From Candidatus Methanomethylicia archaeon (GTDB lineage: Archaea > Thermoproteota > Methanomethylicia > CALHIW01): DNA of 64,000 nucleotides. Shown in pieces: positions 42,692-53,610 of the stretch; the stretch's first letter is position 1, and the number at the start of each line of letters is the position of its first letter. The notes under the pieces are model-generated. The model was not told the origin of the DNA and did no database searches. It was given only the letters and a program-made list of their open reading frames with translations. The position numbers and the translations under genes are program-made. The stretch covers positions 1-64,000 of the forward strand of contig JAWBQF010000009.1 in the NCBI GenBank assembly GCA_038845975.1, in the 5' to 3' direction.

Positions 42692-42960
42692 ACATCACCT
42701 ACTGTAATGATTTATTATATGTCATACAAGTTTACTAGTAGTGAGAGAATTAAAATAGGGCTCCTTATAATCTTTACGCTCATAGTGGATATTAACCATT
42801 ATGATTTCATTTATAACTGAGATAGAAGGTTAAAATAGTAAAACAGTATAGCATTATGTGGTTTAATTTCGTTTCAGGGTTTGCTCCAAAGTTTTATATG
42901 AAAAATTATTAATTGATTAAACTATGAAAGATGATATAATGACTAAATAAGAGCTAAAAT

Positions 42961-43437
42961 CTAGGTTAGTAATGAACGGGACATACAGTATGCATCTTCA
43001 CCATTCATGTAGTAAGCTCTTAGTATTCGAACAACTGAGAAGCCTAACTTTTTATATAAATTTATTGCAGGCTTATTGGAGACTCTGACCTCTAAATATA
43101 CTTCACTTGCCTGATAAGCACGTAAAGCTTTCATAGCTTCTTTAAGCAGATTTTCACCAATTCCTTTTCTTCTGTATTCAGGTAATACAGCTATAGATAT
43201 AATGTGACCCTTTCTACAAACACCAAGTTTATGATTGCTAAAACCATATTCAACTCTACACATAATATATCCAACTACAACACCTTCATATTCAGCTACA
43301 AGAAAGGCTTTTGGATATTGATTATAATGCTCCATAAAGAACCATGGAGCATAGTTTTCAGGTAAACATTTTCTATTTATGTCAATAACGGGTTCCAAGT
43401 CATCTTCTCGAAATTCTCTAATTTGGTAATTGTTCAT
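42961..43437 (-). CDS. rimI: N-alpha-acetyltransferase (Ard1/RimI)
   Basis: LPENY, GHIISIAV, RRKGIG, LEVRVSN, YYMNGEDA. Confidence 0.92.
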   Translation of the reverse strand: MNNYQIREFREDDLEPVIDINRKCLPENYAPWFFMEHYNQYPKAFLVAEYEGVVVGYIMCRVEYGFSNHKLGVCRKGHIISIAVLPEYRRKGIGENLLKEAMKALRAYQASEVYLEVRVSNKPAINLYKKLGFSVVRILRAYYMNGEDAYCMSRSLLT

Positions 43438-43477
43438 TATTAATTGTTTAAAAGAAAAAATTTAAATTTTAAGGTCT

Positions 43478-44265
43478 CTCTTTAATGAGGTTGTTGTGGT
43501 TGTTAGTTTGTAAATTGTTTTAGAATTTCTGTTATTGCTTCGGTTGGGCTTATTCTTTCCGATCTTCTACATGTTTGAATGCTGTTAAGTATAGGTTTAT
43601 TTTTTACATATTTTCTATATATTGATAGCCATGGTATTAGCATTGACGTTCTATTTTCATAGTTGTTATGTGACGTCTACCTCTAACCTATTCTGAGTGG
43701 TTTACATACTCATGTCTATATCTTAGCTTACTTACTTAAGCTTAGATATAAGTTGAAGCTATCATATGGTTAAGTTATTCTCAACTCTTCTACCTATTAC
43801 CTTGAGAGATACTTCAAAACTCAACACTACTTGATGGAATGTAATCCTCCACTCCTACCGACAAGTAGGAATGAAGCTGGCTTATCGTAACTCCATAATT
43901 CACGCCCCCTAAAGGCTCTTTGTCTAGCTACTTTACCTAGGCGTTTAATACTATACTATTGTTCCTACCCTCTTCAATCTAGTGTTAACGTATAATTCAT
44001 CGGCTTCAACAGCTCCATTAAATCCAATCTTATCAATTCTACCTATTAATAAATGATGAATACACTTTTACTACGCTTCTCTGGATGTAGCAACTTAGCA
44101 TATTGCAGCTTCCTTCCCAAGTTACCATGTCTGTTTTTCTTACCGAAATGTGTTTTCTAACATATGTAGTTTAAGTTCTTCAAGAGATCTAGAAAATCAT
44201 AATGCACCACGATGAAAAATATTGGTTTCTCACCATAATACTTAGTATTTAAATCTTCATAAGGA
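43478..44265 (-). mobile_element. Decayed IS1595-family (ISH4-like) element; right boundary approximate
   Basis: Minus strand fragments GAVEADELYVN, YDKPASFLLV, NYENRTSMLIPWLSIYR, LYLTAF; left end ctctttaatgaggttgttgtg is shared with the 57347..57954 copy. Confidence 0.72.
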
Positions 44266-44308
44266 AAATAAATATATAAGATCTTATAGTAGATAGTACA
44301 GACTGAGT

Positions 44309-44848
44309 ATGAACTATAGCAGAATACTGAAAAATAGTAAAATTAAAGATTACATAATGATGGCTATACTATTAATTACAGTATTGTTTGCATATAATAT
44401 CTTACAGATAGTTCTTAATACAAAGGTACCTATAGGAGTCGTAAGTTCGAGCAGTATGGAGCCTAGCCTTAAGAAAGGAGACTACGTTATATGTATTGGG
44501 GTAAAAGCTGAAAATATAGAAGTAGGTGACATAATTATATTTAACTTACCCTATAAGTCAAATATTATTCATAGAGTAGTGAATAAGACAAAGGATTCAA
44601 ATGGAAACTGGCGTTTCTTAACTAAAGGTGATAATAATAATAGCCCAGACGAAAACCCATATAATATAGAGACATGGATTAGAGAAAAGGACATTGTTGG
44701 GAAGGTTGTTCTTAAAATTCCTTATATTGGATGGATTACTTTAATTGCTCATGAAAGTCCAATAATATCACTAATAATATTCCTATTAATTTTGATTGTA
44801 ATTACTGTTCCATGGTGTAAGGAGGAAAGAAGAAAGGGAAAAAGGTAA
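44309..44848 (+). CDS. Signal peptidase I (Sec11-type)
   Basis: SSSMEP, GD, IIHRV, TKGDNN..PD, IPYIG. Confidence 0.92.
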   Translation: MNYSRILKNSKIKDYIMMAILLITVLFAYNILQIVLNTKVPIGVVSSSSMEPSLKKGDYVICIGVKAENIEVGDIIIFNLPYKSNIIHRVVNKTKDSNGNWRFLTKGDNNNSPDENPYNIETWIREKDIVGKVVLKIPYIGWITLIAHESPIISLIIFLLILIVITVPWCKEERRKGKR

Positions 44849-45069
44849 TACAAAAATTCTAGTCAGTATTACTTAAATAACATGTACAATAGAAAACTTA
44901 AATTTGCTTAGTATAACATTAAACTTTTCCTAACTTTATTATCAGTTTATAAATGATTTAGACTCAAGAAGAAGAGGAACAGTTTAAAACTACCCTCTAT
45001 TTAGGTAAATATTATTTTAGCTACGCTATAGCATGCTTAAATTTATTAGTAAAAACCCTAGAGAATAAT

Positions 45070-46098
45070 GTGAGTAGCTGCTTTCAAACAAGCATGCCTT
45101 ATGTAAGTATAGTGATTATAAATGCAAGAAACATTAAGAATTTAGAATCTTGCCTGAAATCTATATATAAGACTCAATATTCAAATTATGAAGTACTAGT
45201 TGTTGATTGCCAAACTCCTAAAATAGAGGAACTAGCGATGAGGTATAATTTTAGACTTATTGGCTTTAAAAATGATGTTGGACCTGCAAAATCACACAAT
45301 ATTGGATTCAAAAATATAAGCATAAACTCTAAGTATATTGTATTCTTAGATAATGATATCAAAGTTACACCACATTGGTTAAAAAGGCTGGTTGATGTCA
45401 TGGAAAAAGATAGATCTATTGGAATAGCACAAGCATGCATTTTACAGTATGATCATCCGGATAAACTTGACCATTCATGCCTCTCTATAGATCTTCTTGG
45501 AACATGGGTTTCAACATATGGATTAAAACAGAGCAGTATAGGTAATAGGATTATAGAGATTTTTGCCGCCTCATCAGCGGCATGTATAACAAGACGTAAT
45601 ATCTATGAAATTACCGGAGGATTTGATGATGATTATTTCATATATGATGATGATACAGACTATAGCTGGCGTGTAAGACTTATAGGGTGTAAAGTGGTTT
45701 TAGTTAGAGATGCTATAGTATACCATAAAAGCAATATAGAGAAAAAATTGAATCCTTTTAGAGTTTATCATTCAACCAAAAATAGGCTATATACACTATT
45801 TAAGAATGCAGAACTAGAAAACTTACTAATTAGAGGAAGTATATACCTGTTTCTATCATTCTTAGCCATACATGTATCTATTCTAATTAATACTCAATTT
45901 TCTATAAGTATTATTAAGGCTGTATATGAATTCATGAAGAATCTAAGAAAAATAATTATAAAACGAGTTTATATTCAGAGTATGAGGGCAATAAGCGATA
46001 AGATATTATTCTCTAAGGGCTTTCTAAGAAATAGTATTGAATTTACAGTTAATGAGTTACTACAAGAATACAAATATTTGAGGAGGAAGCGTATTTAG
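45070..46098 (+). CDS. GT2 glycosyltransferase
   Basis: VSIVI, VVD, FLDND, GGFDDDYFIYDDDTDYSWR. Confidence 0.88.
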   Translation: MSSCFQTSMPYVSIVIINARNIKNLESCLKSIYKTQYSNYEVLVVDCQTPKIEELAMRYNFRLIGFKNDVGPAKSHNIGFKNISINSKYIVFLDNDIKVTPHWLKRLVDVMEKDRSIGIAQACILQYDHPDKLDHSCLSIDLLGTWVSTYGLKQSSIGNRIIEIFAASSAACITRRNIYEITGGFDDDYFIYDDDTDYSWRVRLIGCKVVLVRDAIVYHKSNIEKKLNPFRVYHSTKNRLYTLFKNAELENLLIRGSIYLFLSFLAIHVSILINTQFSISIIKAVYEFMKNLRKIIIKRVYIQSMRAISDKILFSKGFLRNSIEFTVNELLQEYKYLRRKRI

Positions 46099-46144
46099 GT
46101 AGGTTCATGGAATGAGAAACTTACTGTTAGAAGAGAGATAAACT

Positions 46145-47143
46145 ATGAGTGAAATAGACATATCTGTTATAGTTCCTGTTAGGAATGGAGCTAATACGAT
46201 TAGAGATTTACTAGAGTCCTTGATGAAGCTGGAATATGATAGGAGGAAGTATGAGGTTATTGTTGTTGATGGATACTCAACGGATGGAACTCGAGAACTC
46301 GTATTAAAGTATCCTGTTAAACTTGTTATGCAAGAAGGAACCGGATTAAATGCCGCCAGAAACACTGGAATTAAAAATTCAAAAGGAAAAATTGTTGTCT
46401 TTACAGATGCTGATTGCGTTGTTCCAAAGGATTGGATAAAAAATGTAGTTTCATGTTTTAACGATAATGACGTAGCATGTATAGGTGGAAGTGTAAAGGG
46501 ATTAAGTAAGAACTTTACTTCAATATACATTGACAATACGGGTTTACATATTATGCCACAATATAAAAGACAAGAAATCCTAAATTTGTGGAAACCGTTC
46601 AGCTATCCCGCTGGATGTAACATGGCCTTTAGAAGAGATGTACTAATTAATATAGGACTTTTTAATGAGACAATAAAGTACGGTTATGATGATCTTGAAC
46701 TTATTGAAAGACTAGGATTAAAGGGGTATAAAATAAGACTTGAGCCTAATGTAATAGTATTTCATCAACATAGAGACTCTATCATTAAACTTATTAAACA
46801 AACATTTAGATATGGTAAGGGAGGGGGAATTTTAATAAAAAAGGTAAAGGGAGTTAGACCTTTAAGAACATGGCTTATACTTTACCTTATAGGTTTTATA
46901 ATAGCAGTAATGCTTTTAATAGTGTTGTTGATTACAAGTATACTTTTTAATAATAGACTATCACTAGATATAATTAAGGCAATTATATTGGCTCCCCTTA
47001 CTTGGGGATTAATATATTACTTTATTAAAGGATTTAGAAAGAAAATCCTAAAATACACTTTAATATATCCATTTATAGATTTATTGGTTATCTTATCATC
47101 AGCCATTGGTGAACTGTATCAATTATTTAGAAGAGAAACTTAA
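46145..47143 (+). CDS. GT2 glycosyltransferase with C-terminal TM helices
   Basis: SVIVPVRN, VDGYSTDGT, ARNTG, FTDADC, GCNMAFRR. Confidence 0.9.
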   Translation: MSEIDISVIVPVRNGANTIRDLLESLMKLEYDRRKYEVIVVDGYSTDGTRELVLKYPVKLVMQEGTGLNAARNTGIKNSKGKIVVFTDADCVVPKDWIKNVVSCFNDNDVACIGGSVKGLSKNFTSIYIDNTGLHIMPQYKRQEILNLWKPFSYPAGCNMAFRRDVLINIGLFNETIKYGYDDLELIERLGLKGYKIRLEPNVIVFHQHRDSIIKLIKQTFRYGKGGGILIKKVKGVRPLRTWLILYLIGFIIAVMLLIVLLITSILFNNRLSLDIIKAIILAPLTWGLIYYFIKGFRKKILKYTLIYPFIDLLVILSSAIGELYQLFRRET

Positions 47144-47894
47144 TAAATTAGAAGTCATCTACAAGTTTCTCTGGATTCAGCAATATTTGCTTGTCTTAAG
47201 ATGGTTTTAAAATATTTAAGTCTTGTTACTTTATGTTTTGCTATAAAGCAGAACTTCTATTACCCTCCTAACAACCTTTAGTGGCTAACCATTTATATGA
47301 AGTTTGTGAGTTAATAGTACCCGGATAAGAAAGTATTTAAAATCCATTTATTTACTTTTAATGGATTATGAATATAGTAAATTTAATTTCTAGTTGTTTA
47401 AAATGTAATAGAAAAGGGTGAAACTAAAGTTTAGTAGTATTAGAGTATGTATTTCATGAAGGTTTAGAAGAGTTTCAAAATTATTAAGCTTAGCTATAGA
47501 ATCTATAAGTAAATCTGCAATTCATACAATAAGTGAAACTAATCCTAACATTACATTCATTAACATAACCTTATACAACCAATAGAATAACTAATAATAA
47601 TTCACTAAATTTAGAGTCATTCATGTAAAGTCTCATAGTTACGATCAATATTTAATATTCTACTCATCTTCAAGCTACAATCATAAACAAGTTAATAAAG
47701 CCTACAAATAGAATGATATTCTCAACCTCTTAAATCCATAATTACTAACCATACAAAATACAGAGTAAGAACACCCAAAAATAAACTTCTAAATTTAATA
47801 GACACATAAACAAATCAAACTAAATAATATATTCAAAACTTCAACAAATTCGTTTAAAATGCATAATGTTAAGCATTAGATTTATATTCTTACT

Positions 47895-48131
47895 GTGCTA
47901 AACATATACATGCTGATTAAAACTAGTGCGACATTAAAAGAAATAATTGCACTTATACTTATGATGTCTCCACCCTTAATTAACTACTTATTGAATACAG
48001 ACCCACTAATACGTATTTCAGAGATTATAGCAGAAGCTCTCGGCTTAATAACTATACATTTCACAGTACTTGTATCGCTAGTCTCTTTTTCAATTGGAAT
48101 ATTAATATGTATAAATCTAGATAGAAAGTAA
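47895..48131 (+). CDS. Possible small membrane protein
   Basis: Hydrophobic 72-78 aa ORF; no motif recognised. Confidence 0.35.
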   Translation: MLNIYMLIKTSATLKEIIALILMMSPPLINYLLNTDPLIRISEIIAEALGLITIHFTVLVSLVSFSIGILICINLDRK

Positions 48132-48294
48132 TACCATCAGTTAAATAAATATAGTATGATAGATTAGAGTTTATTTAAATCTTGAAATCAATTCTAGATA
48201 TTAGTTTCCTAATACTCTCAAATCATGAATAGTTAGAAGGGAAATTTAAACATGCTTAAGTTCATAAAAGTCTTTAATAAGTTATTCTAATTAA

Positions 48295-49267
48295 GCTTTG
48301 TGGCTTAATTAATTTTTGGTTTATTGAATCTTTAGTTTATGGATTGGAGGGTTGTTGATGAGTGTTTGATTAGGCGTGGTGAGCTTCTTCTTAGCCTGGA
48401 ATTTCTGAAGGCTATGATTCTGAGCTTATGGATTTGAATCGTGGTAAGGTAGGTCATCCCTTCAAGCTTACTGTTAGGTATGTTGAATTCCTTATGGTTG
48501 TACGTTATCTCTTCTCAATGCCTTACAGGCAGCTTGAAGGCTTCACTAGGGCTTTAAATAGGCTTATCCCTAAGCTTCCATCAGTTGACTACTCTTGGGT
48601 TAGGAGACGTATATTAATGCTTAACCCATCTTTATACGATTCGTTGAGGGTTTCCAACGAGCCAGTCACTATAGCCGTAGACTCGAGCGGTGTTAGCGTC
48701 CATAAGTCTGGTGGATGGGTTACACGTATGTATGGGAGGAGGAAGCGCTATATCAAGATCCACTTCGCAGTAGACGTTAAGACTAGGAGGTTTTAGCTAT
48801 GGAGGTAACAACTGATGACGTTCACGACTCAGAAGCGGCATTAATTAAGGATGCCTCTAAGCTTAGGAGGGTTTCTGAAGCTGTTATGGATGGAGCTTAC
48901 GATAACTCTGAAGCCTACAATCTCCTTAGAGGGATGGGCGTAAAACCCGTCATAAAGCCTAGACGTAATGCTAGAGATGATAGAGGTCCTCCGGAAAGAC
49001 GTAGGATGGTTAGGCTTATCGGAAGGATGGGTGATGAAGGATGGGCGGGGATGATGGGCTACGGTAGACGTTGGGTTGAAACAACATTCTCAACATTCAA
49101 ACGCCAGTATGGAGAATACTGCATGGCGAAAAACATGGAAAGCATAAAGAAAGAACTAGAAGCCAAAGCATACATATACAACATGCTAATAAACCTATAA
49201 GGCAAAATCAAAAAGAAACATAAAATCAAAGAAGAGACCTAAACAACAAAGAATTAAGCCACAAAGC
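48295..49267 (+). mobile_element. IS5-family (IS903-like) element with frameshifted transposase
   Basis: Perfect TIR gctttgtggcttaatt; 9-bp flanks tctaattaa / tctaaataa (8/9 match, probable TSD); GC-richer than host. Confidence 0.9.
48339..49200 (+). pseudogene. IS5-family transposase, split by two 1-bp deletions (near 48410 and 48790)
   Basis: MDWRVVDECLIRRGE | PYRQLEG, AVDSSG, KIHFAVD | MDGAYD, YGRRWVETTFSTFK. Confidence 0.88.
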
Positions 49268-49432
49268 TCTAAATAAAATATTAAGCATCATAAAACCAAT
49301 ATTAGTAAATCTCCTAATAATCCCACTCACCATATACAGAGTTTACCTTTCATCAAGCAATCTCCAATTATCGATAATTACCATAAACAAAGAAAGAACT
49401 AAATAAAGATAAAGTTCTAAGGCGCTATATTT

Positions 49433-49452
49433 GACAAAACGCTTATATATAA
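49433..49452 (+). promoter_or_regulatory. BRE/TATA promoter of tbp
   Basis: gacaaaacgc-TTATATAT about 20-30 bp before the start codon. Confidence 0.5.
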
Positions 49453-49468
49453 TGTCTATTTATAAATA

Positions 49469-50029
49469 ATGATTAGTATGTTTAAGCCTAACGTGAGGAT
49501 TGAAAATGTTGTTGCTTCAGTAACATTAAATCAATCCATAGATCTTGATGCAGTATTTAGAAATGTACCAAATGTTGAATATAATCCTGAACAATTTCCA
49601 GGTCTTGTGTTTAGACTTGATAAACCTAAAACTGCAACGCTGATATTTGCCTCAGGAAAAATGGTATGTACAGGTGCTAAAAGCGAGAAGGATGTTTATA
49701 GAGCTATAAAAAAGATAATTAAAATTCTTCGCAGCAGTGGAATTGTGATAGTAGGAGAAGCTGAAACAAAGATCCAAAATATTGTAGCATCTGCAAATTT
49801 AAGCGCTGAGATAGATCTAGAAAAGGCTGCATTAACACTTGAAGATTCAATGTATGAGCCGGAGCAATTCCCGGGATTAATATATAGAATGAGAAAACCT
49901 AAAGTTGTTTTGTTACTATTTAGCTCAGGTAAAATTGTATGTACAGGAGCAAGACAGGAAAATGAAGTTTACCAAGCTGTAGACTTGCTTTACAAGAAAT
50001 TATACGAGTTAGAATTATTAAGAGTATAA
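49469..50029 (+). CDS. tbp: TATA-box binding protein
   Basis: Two repeats: NVVAS..YNPEQFPGL..IFASGKMVCTGA and NIVAS..YEPEQFPGL..FSSGKIVCTGA. Confidence 0.98.
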   Translation: MISMFKPNVRIENVVASVTLNQSIDLDAVFRNVPNVEYNPEQFPGLVFRLDKPKTATLIFASGKMVCTGAKSEKDVYRAIKKIIKILRSSGIVIVGEAETKIQNIVASANLSAEIDLEKAALTLEDSMYEPEQFPGLIYRMRKPKVVLLLFSSGKIVCTGARQENEVYQAVDLLYKKLYELELLRV

Positions 50030-50234
50030 CTAGTAATAGCATCGTTTTATTAATGAATTCTCGTAAAACTATTCAAGCTTTCTTCTTTATGTTTTCTATT
50101 AGGTTTCGTGAACTTAGCGATAGTGGTTGGAACTCATTAGACCTTTATATTCTCTTAAAACAGAAAACTGGTAGTTTAGAATTGGCAATAACATACACTA
50201 AATAGAATTCTATATGGTTTGTTACAGGCTAATG

Positions 50235-50657
50235 GGCTTTGTTAACTTTAGCTTTATTTTAAAGCTCTCTCCCTTATTTATGGTGTTAGTATGTCTAGAA
50301 TTATTAGGTTTGTTAGGAAGAGAACTTCGTTTACTTTAGTTGTTTATGGTGCTATGTATTTCCGTTCATGTTCGTATAGAATTGCTTCAGATATTCTAAG
50401 CTTAATTATTGTTGTAGGAATTATGCATCCATATTGTCGTGGTTTAAATCTTTAAGCTTCCATTAAGTTTGATATGAGAAGGAGTAATTGTATACCATGT
50501 ATGAGGATAAGTGTGATGATGAATATGTATTAATGCTTATGAAGTCAACAGTATACATGCTAAACAAGATATGAATCAATAAGAAGATAAAGCTAAGAAT
50601 TCATAGAAAATACAAAACCAAAATAGAGGCAATAAACATGCTTAAGTTCACAAAGCC
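50235..50657 (+). mobile_element. Internally deleted IS6-like derivative, 423 bp (MITE), opposite orientation to 22592
   Basis: TIRs ggctttgttaactt / aagttcacaaagcc; 8-bp flanks ggctaatg / agctaatg (7/8 match, probable TSD). Confidence 0.88.
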
Positions 50658-50839
50658 AGCTAATGCTGGATAATGTGCTTGCTAGGCATAGCATTACTTA
50701 ATGGTCTTGAAGGTTTTAAGATATAAGAAGTATGCTTAAGGAAGTTACGAAGAACCACATACAAAAGTGATAGTTTACTTCAAGCGTAGGGGTAATATAA
50801 AGAATAAACCAAGAAATAGATATAAAGTCTAGATATAGA

Positions 50840-51078
50840 GGAACTAGCAACTTAAGAAGGAAGCTACAATATGCTAAGTTGTCACGATCCATGGAGGATT
50901 ACAAAGGTTAAATAGAAAACATATAGAAACATAGAGAACATTATTGAAAGGTTTACATGACCAACATCATTCAAGAAGGTAATTATAAGATATAATAGAC
51001 TACATTAATATTCTTAACCCTCGTACAGGTAGTATACATAATAATTGCTTAAGGATTTTGCAACAACTTTAATAGAAG
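50840..51078 (+). mobile_element. IS1595-like relic fragment (boundaries approximate)
   Basis: aacttaagaaggaagctacaatatgctaagttg is shared with 3981-4020 and the reverse strand of 44085-44130. Confidence 0.5.
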
Positions 51079-51084
51079 ATCAAA

Positions 51085-51411
51085 TTATTTATTCATCTCT
51101 TCAGAGGGAATATTCTGATTGATTATTTCCTTTAATTTTTCAATAACAAAGCCAGCAGCTACTCGTATTCCTTCATTTTCACTATTAAGAAGCTTAAGTA
51201 GCTTAGGATAAAATACGTTAATTAACTCCGGAATTTTTCTTACAATACTTGCAATTATATATGATGCTCTTAGCCTGACATATTCATTTCTATCACTTAT
51301 TAAGGATAATAAAGCACTAAATGATTGATCGTTAATTACTTCATTAATCAGTAAATCATAGTCAATTAAATCTCCTTTAAGTTTAGACCTTAGCTCTGTT
51401 TTTGATGGCAT
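51085..51411 (-). CDS. Small HEAT/ARM-repeat protein
   Basis: LISDRNEYVRLRASYII and LLNSENEGIRVAAGFVI repeats. Confidence 0.75.
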   Translation of the reverse strand: MPSKTELRSKLKGDLIDYDLLINEVINDQSFSALLSLISDRNEYVRLRASYIIASIVRKIPELINVFYPKLLKLLNSENEGIRVAAGFVIEKLKEIINQNIPSEEMNK

Positions 51412-51670
51412 ATTTCCCCCAGTGATGATACTTTCTTCTTAATTCAACATTGTTAGAACGAAAGTTTTCAATTAAAACCCTATTTATACTAACATAAGTC
51501 TGTATAATATTAATCATATCACTAGTTAAGCTGCATCCTTAAAAGCTTTTCATTGAAAAGATAAATTAGAGTTATTTAGATCATAATTTCTGAGTTGAGT
51601 ACATTAACATGCATAGTAAAAGATAATACCTATCTTAAAGTATTATTAATATGCCCAGTCGGTGAGTTAA

Positions 51671-52831
51671 ATGCCAACTAATTTGCCAGCCGAGGCTAAA
51701 GCAAAGTGGATTAGGGCGATGCAAATAAGTAACCCTTATGAAAAAATAATAGCTTTACAAGATTTTCTTTCATCTATTCCTAAGCATAAGGGTACTGAAA
51801 AGCTAGTAAGCCATGTTAAACATCAAATAGCCACTTTAAAAAGAGAAATTGAAGAAAGAGAAAAGCATAGAAAATCCATAATTTCAAAGTCTGAATATGC
51901 TATTAAAAGAGAAGGAGCTGCACAGATAGTTCTTGTGGGAATGACAAAATCGGGTAAGAGTAGCCTTTTAAAGTTATTAACTAACGCTAAAGTTGAAATA
52001 TCTGATTATCCATTTGCTACAAAGAAACCAGCAGTAGGAATGCTGCCATATGAAGATATAGCTTTCCAATTAGTGGAAGTTCCATCTATAATAGGTGAAA
52101 ATGAAGGAATCATAGGGGGTGCTCAAGCTTTAAATCTTATTAGGAATTCCGATGGAATACTCATAATTTTAAATGGGGCAAACGATGTATTTAAACAGTT
52201 TGAAACTATAAAGAAAATACTAGAAGAAGCTAGAATTTTAATACATAAACCTCACGGGTATGTGCAAATTGAAAAAAGAAGAGCTGGGGCTGGAATTCAA
52301 GTTATTGGTAAAGTTTCAAATGCTACAGTTGAAGATGTTAAAAAGCTCTTATTAAGCTACAAAATTAATAACGCAATTATAAGATGTTTTGGTGAAGTAA
52401 CAATAGATGATGTTGAAGATGCTATATTTGAGAACACTACTTATAAGCCATCAATTGTAATTATTAATAAAATAGATATTGCTAAAATAGTTGTTGAAGA
52501 TGTTAGGAAAGTCATAGCTGGCATTCCAATTATATGTACATCATGTAAAAACCTAGCAGGCATTGATGTGATAGGAAAAACAATATTTAAAACTTTAGAA
52601 ATTATTAGAATCTATACAAAAAAACCTTTAGAAAAAGAACCTTTTGGAAAACCGTTCATCAGTAGAAAAGGAATAACTGTTTTGGAGCTTGCTAAGAGTA
52701 TACATAGTGAATTTTACGAGAAATTCTCATATGCACGTGTATGGGGACCATCTGCAAAGTACCCAGGCGAAAAAGTGGGATCAAATCATGTTCTCGAAGA
52801 TGGGGATATAGTAGAAATTCACACTAAATAA
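51671..52831 (+). CDS. DRG/OBG-family GTPase with TGS domain
   Basis: MPTNLP, PKHKGTEK, GMTKSGKS, YPFAT, NKID, HVLEDGDIVEIH. Confidence 0.92.
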   Translation: MPTNLPAEAKAKWIRAMQISNPYEKIIALQDFLSSIPKHKGTEKLVSHVKHQIATLKREIEEREKHRKSIISKSEYAIKREGAAQIVLVGMTKSGKSSLLKLLTNAKVEISDYPFATKKPAVGMLPYEDIAFQLVEVPSIIGENEGIIGGAQALNLIRNSDGILIILNGANDVFKQFETIKKILEEARILIHKPHGYVQIEKRRAGAGIQVIGKVSNATVEDVKKLLLSYKINNAIIRCFGEVTIDDVEDAIFENTTYKPSIVIINKIDIAKIVVEDVRKVIAGIPIICTSCKNLAGIDVIGKTIFKTLEIIRIYTKKPLEKEPFGKPFISRKGITVLELAKSIHSEFYEKFSYARVWGPSAKYPGEKVGSNHVLEDGDIVEIHTK

Positions 52832-53610
52832 AATTATGAACTCCAGAATATAGAAACGAGTAAGTCATAAAAGCTATTTAAAACAGACTTAACCATCTAA
52901 GAGTTCATTAAACCCTGCTTGCTATGAAAAGCAGAACTTTATCACTCTTCTAACAGCTTTTAGTTATTGAACCTTTGCCATAAGAGGGTTTCTTTAGTCA
53001 TCTCTTTAATGTTTATTATTAAGTCATGCTTAAAGCTTGATATTATTTTTCATACATTTCTTATCTACATATAGTCTATCCCTTAATAAGTATATGCCAT
53101 GTTATAGTTAATATTTTTCTCAATGTCACTACAGCTACTTTCATATTCTCTATTAGTTTTAACTCTTAAAAGGAAATATAAGCTTCGAATTTTTTAGCTT
53201 TGATATTGTCATTGCTACTTTAATCATAATTCTTCAAGCATTTAAAGTAGCCTTTGTTATTCTGCTAGTGTACGTTATGGTAACCTGAAAAGTTTGTCAG
53301 AGCTATTGGCTATAGTATTTTGAATAATTTTGTATTTTTTCAGTTATTAATGGTATTTTTAGATCTATTTTGCTATTTTATTTTTGTTTTGAATATCTCA
53401 TGTTATTTCTCTCTTTCTTTAATTTTTATAGCTATAAAGTTTCATGAAGATATTTTAGCAGGTATATTGTCTTAACTATTGATGAATCATTATGTGCGTT
53501 ATTTATTTCTAGATCATGATAGCTATAAGTAAATCTACATGTAACCACTTAAATAAATTTATCTCTAGGTTTAAGATATATCAATAAATGACCTCGTACA
53601 GGGGAAAAAA

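Noticed and set aside
48339-49200. Programmed frameshifting in the IS5 transposase
   Set aside because: Two separate 1-bp losses without a canonical slippery heptamer, plus apparent small deletions; decay is the simpler explanation.
51422-51450. GTGATGA C box
   Set aside because: No downstream D box at a suitable distance.
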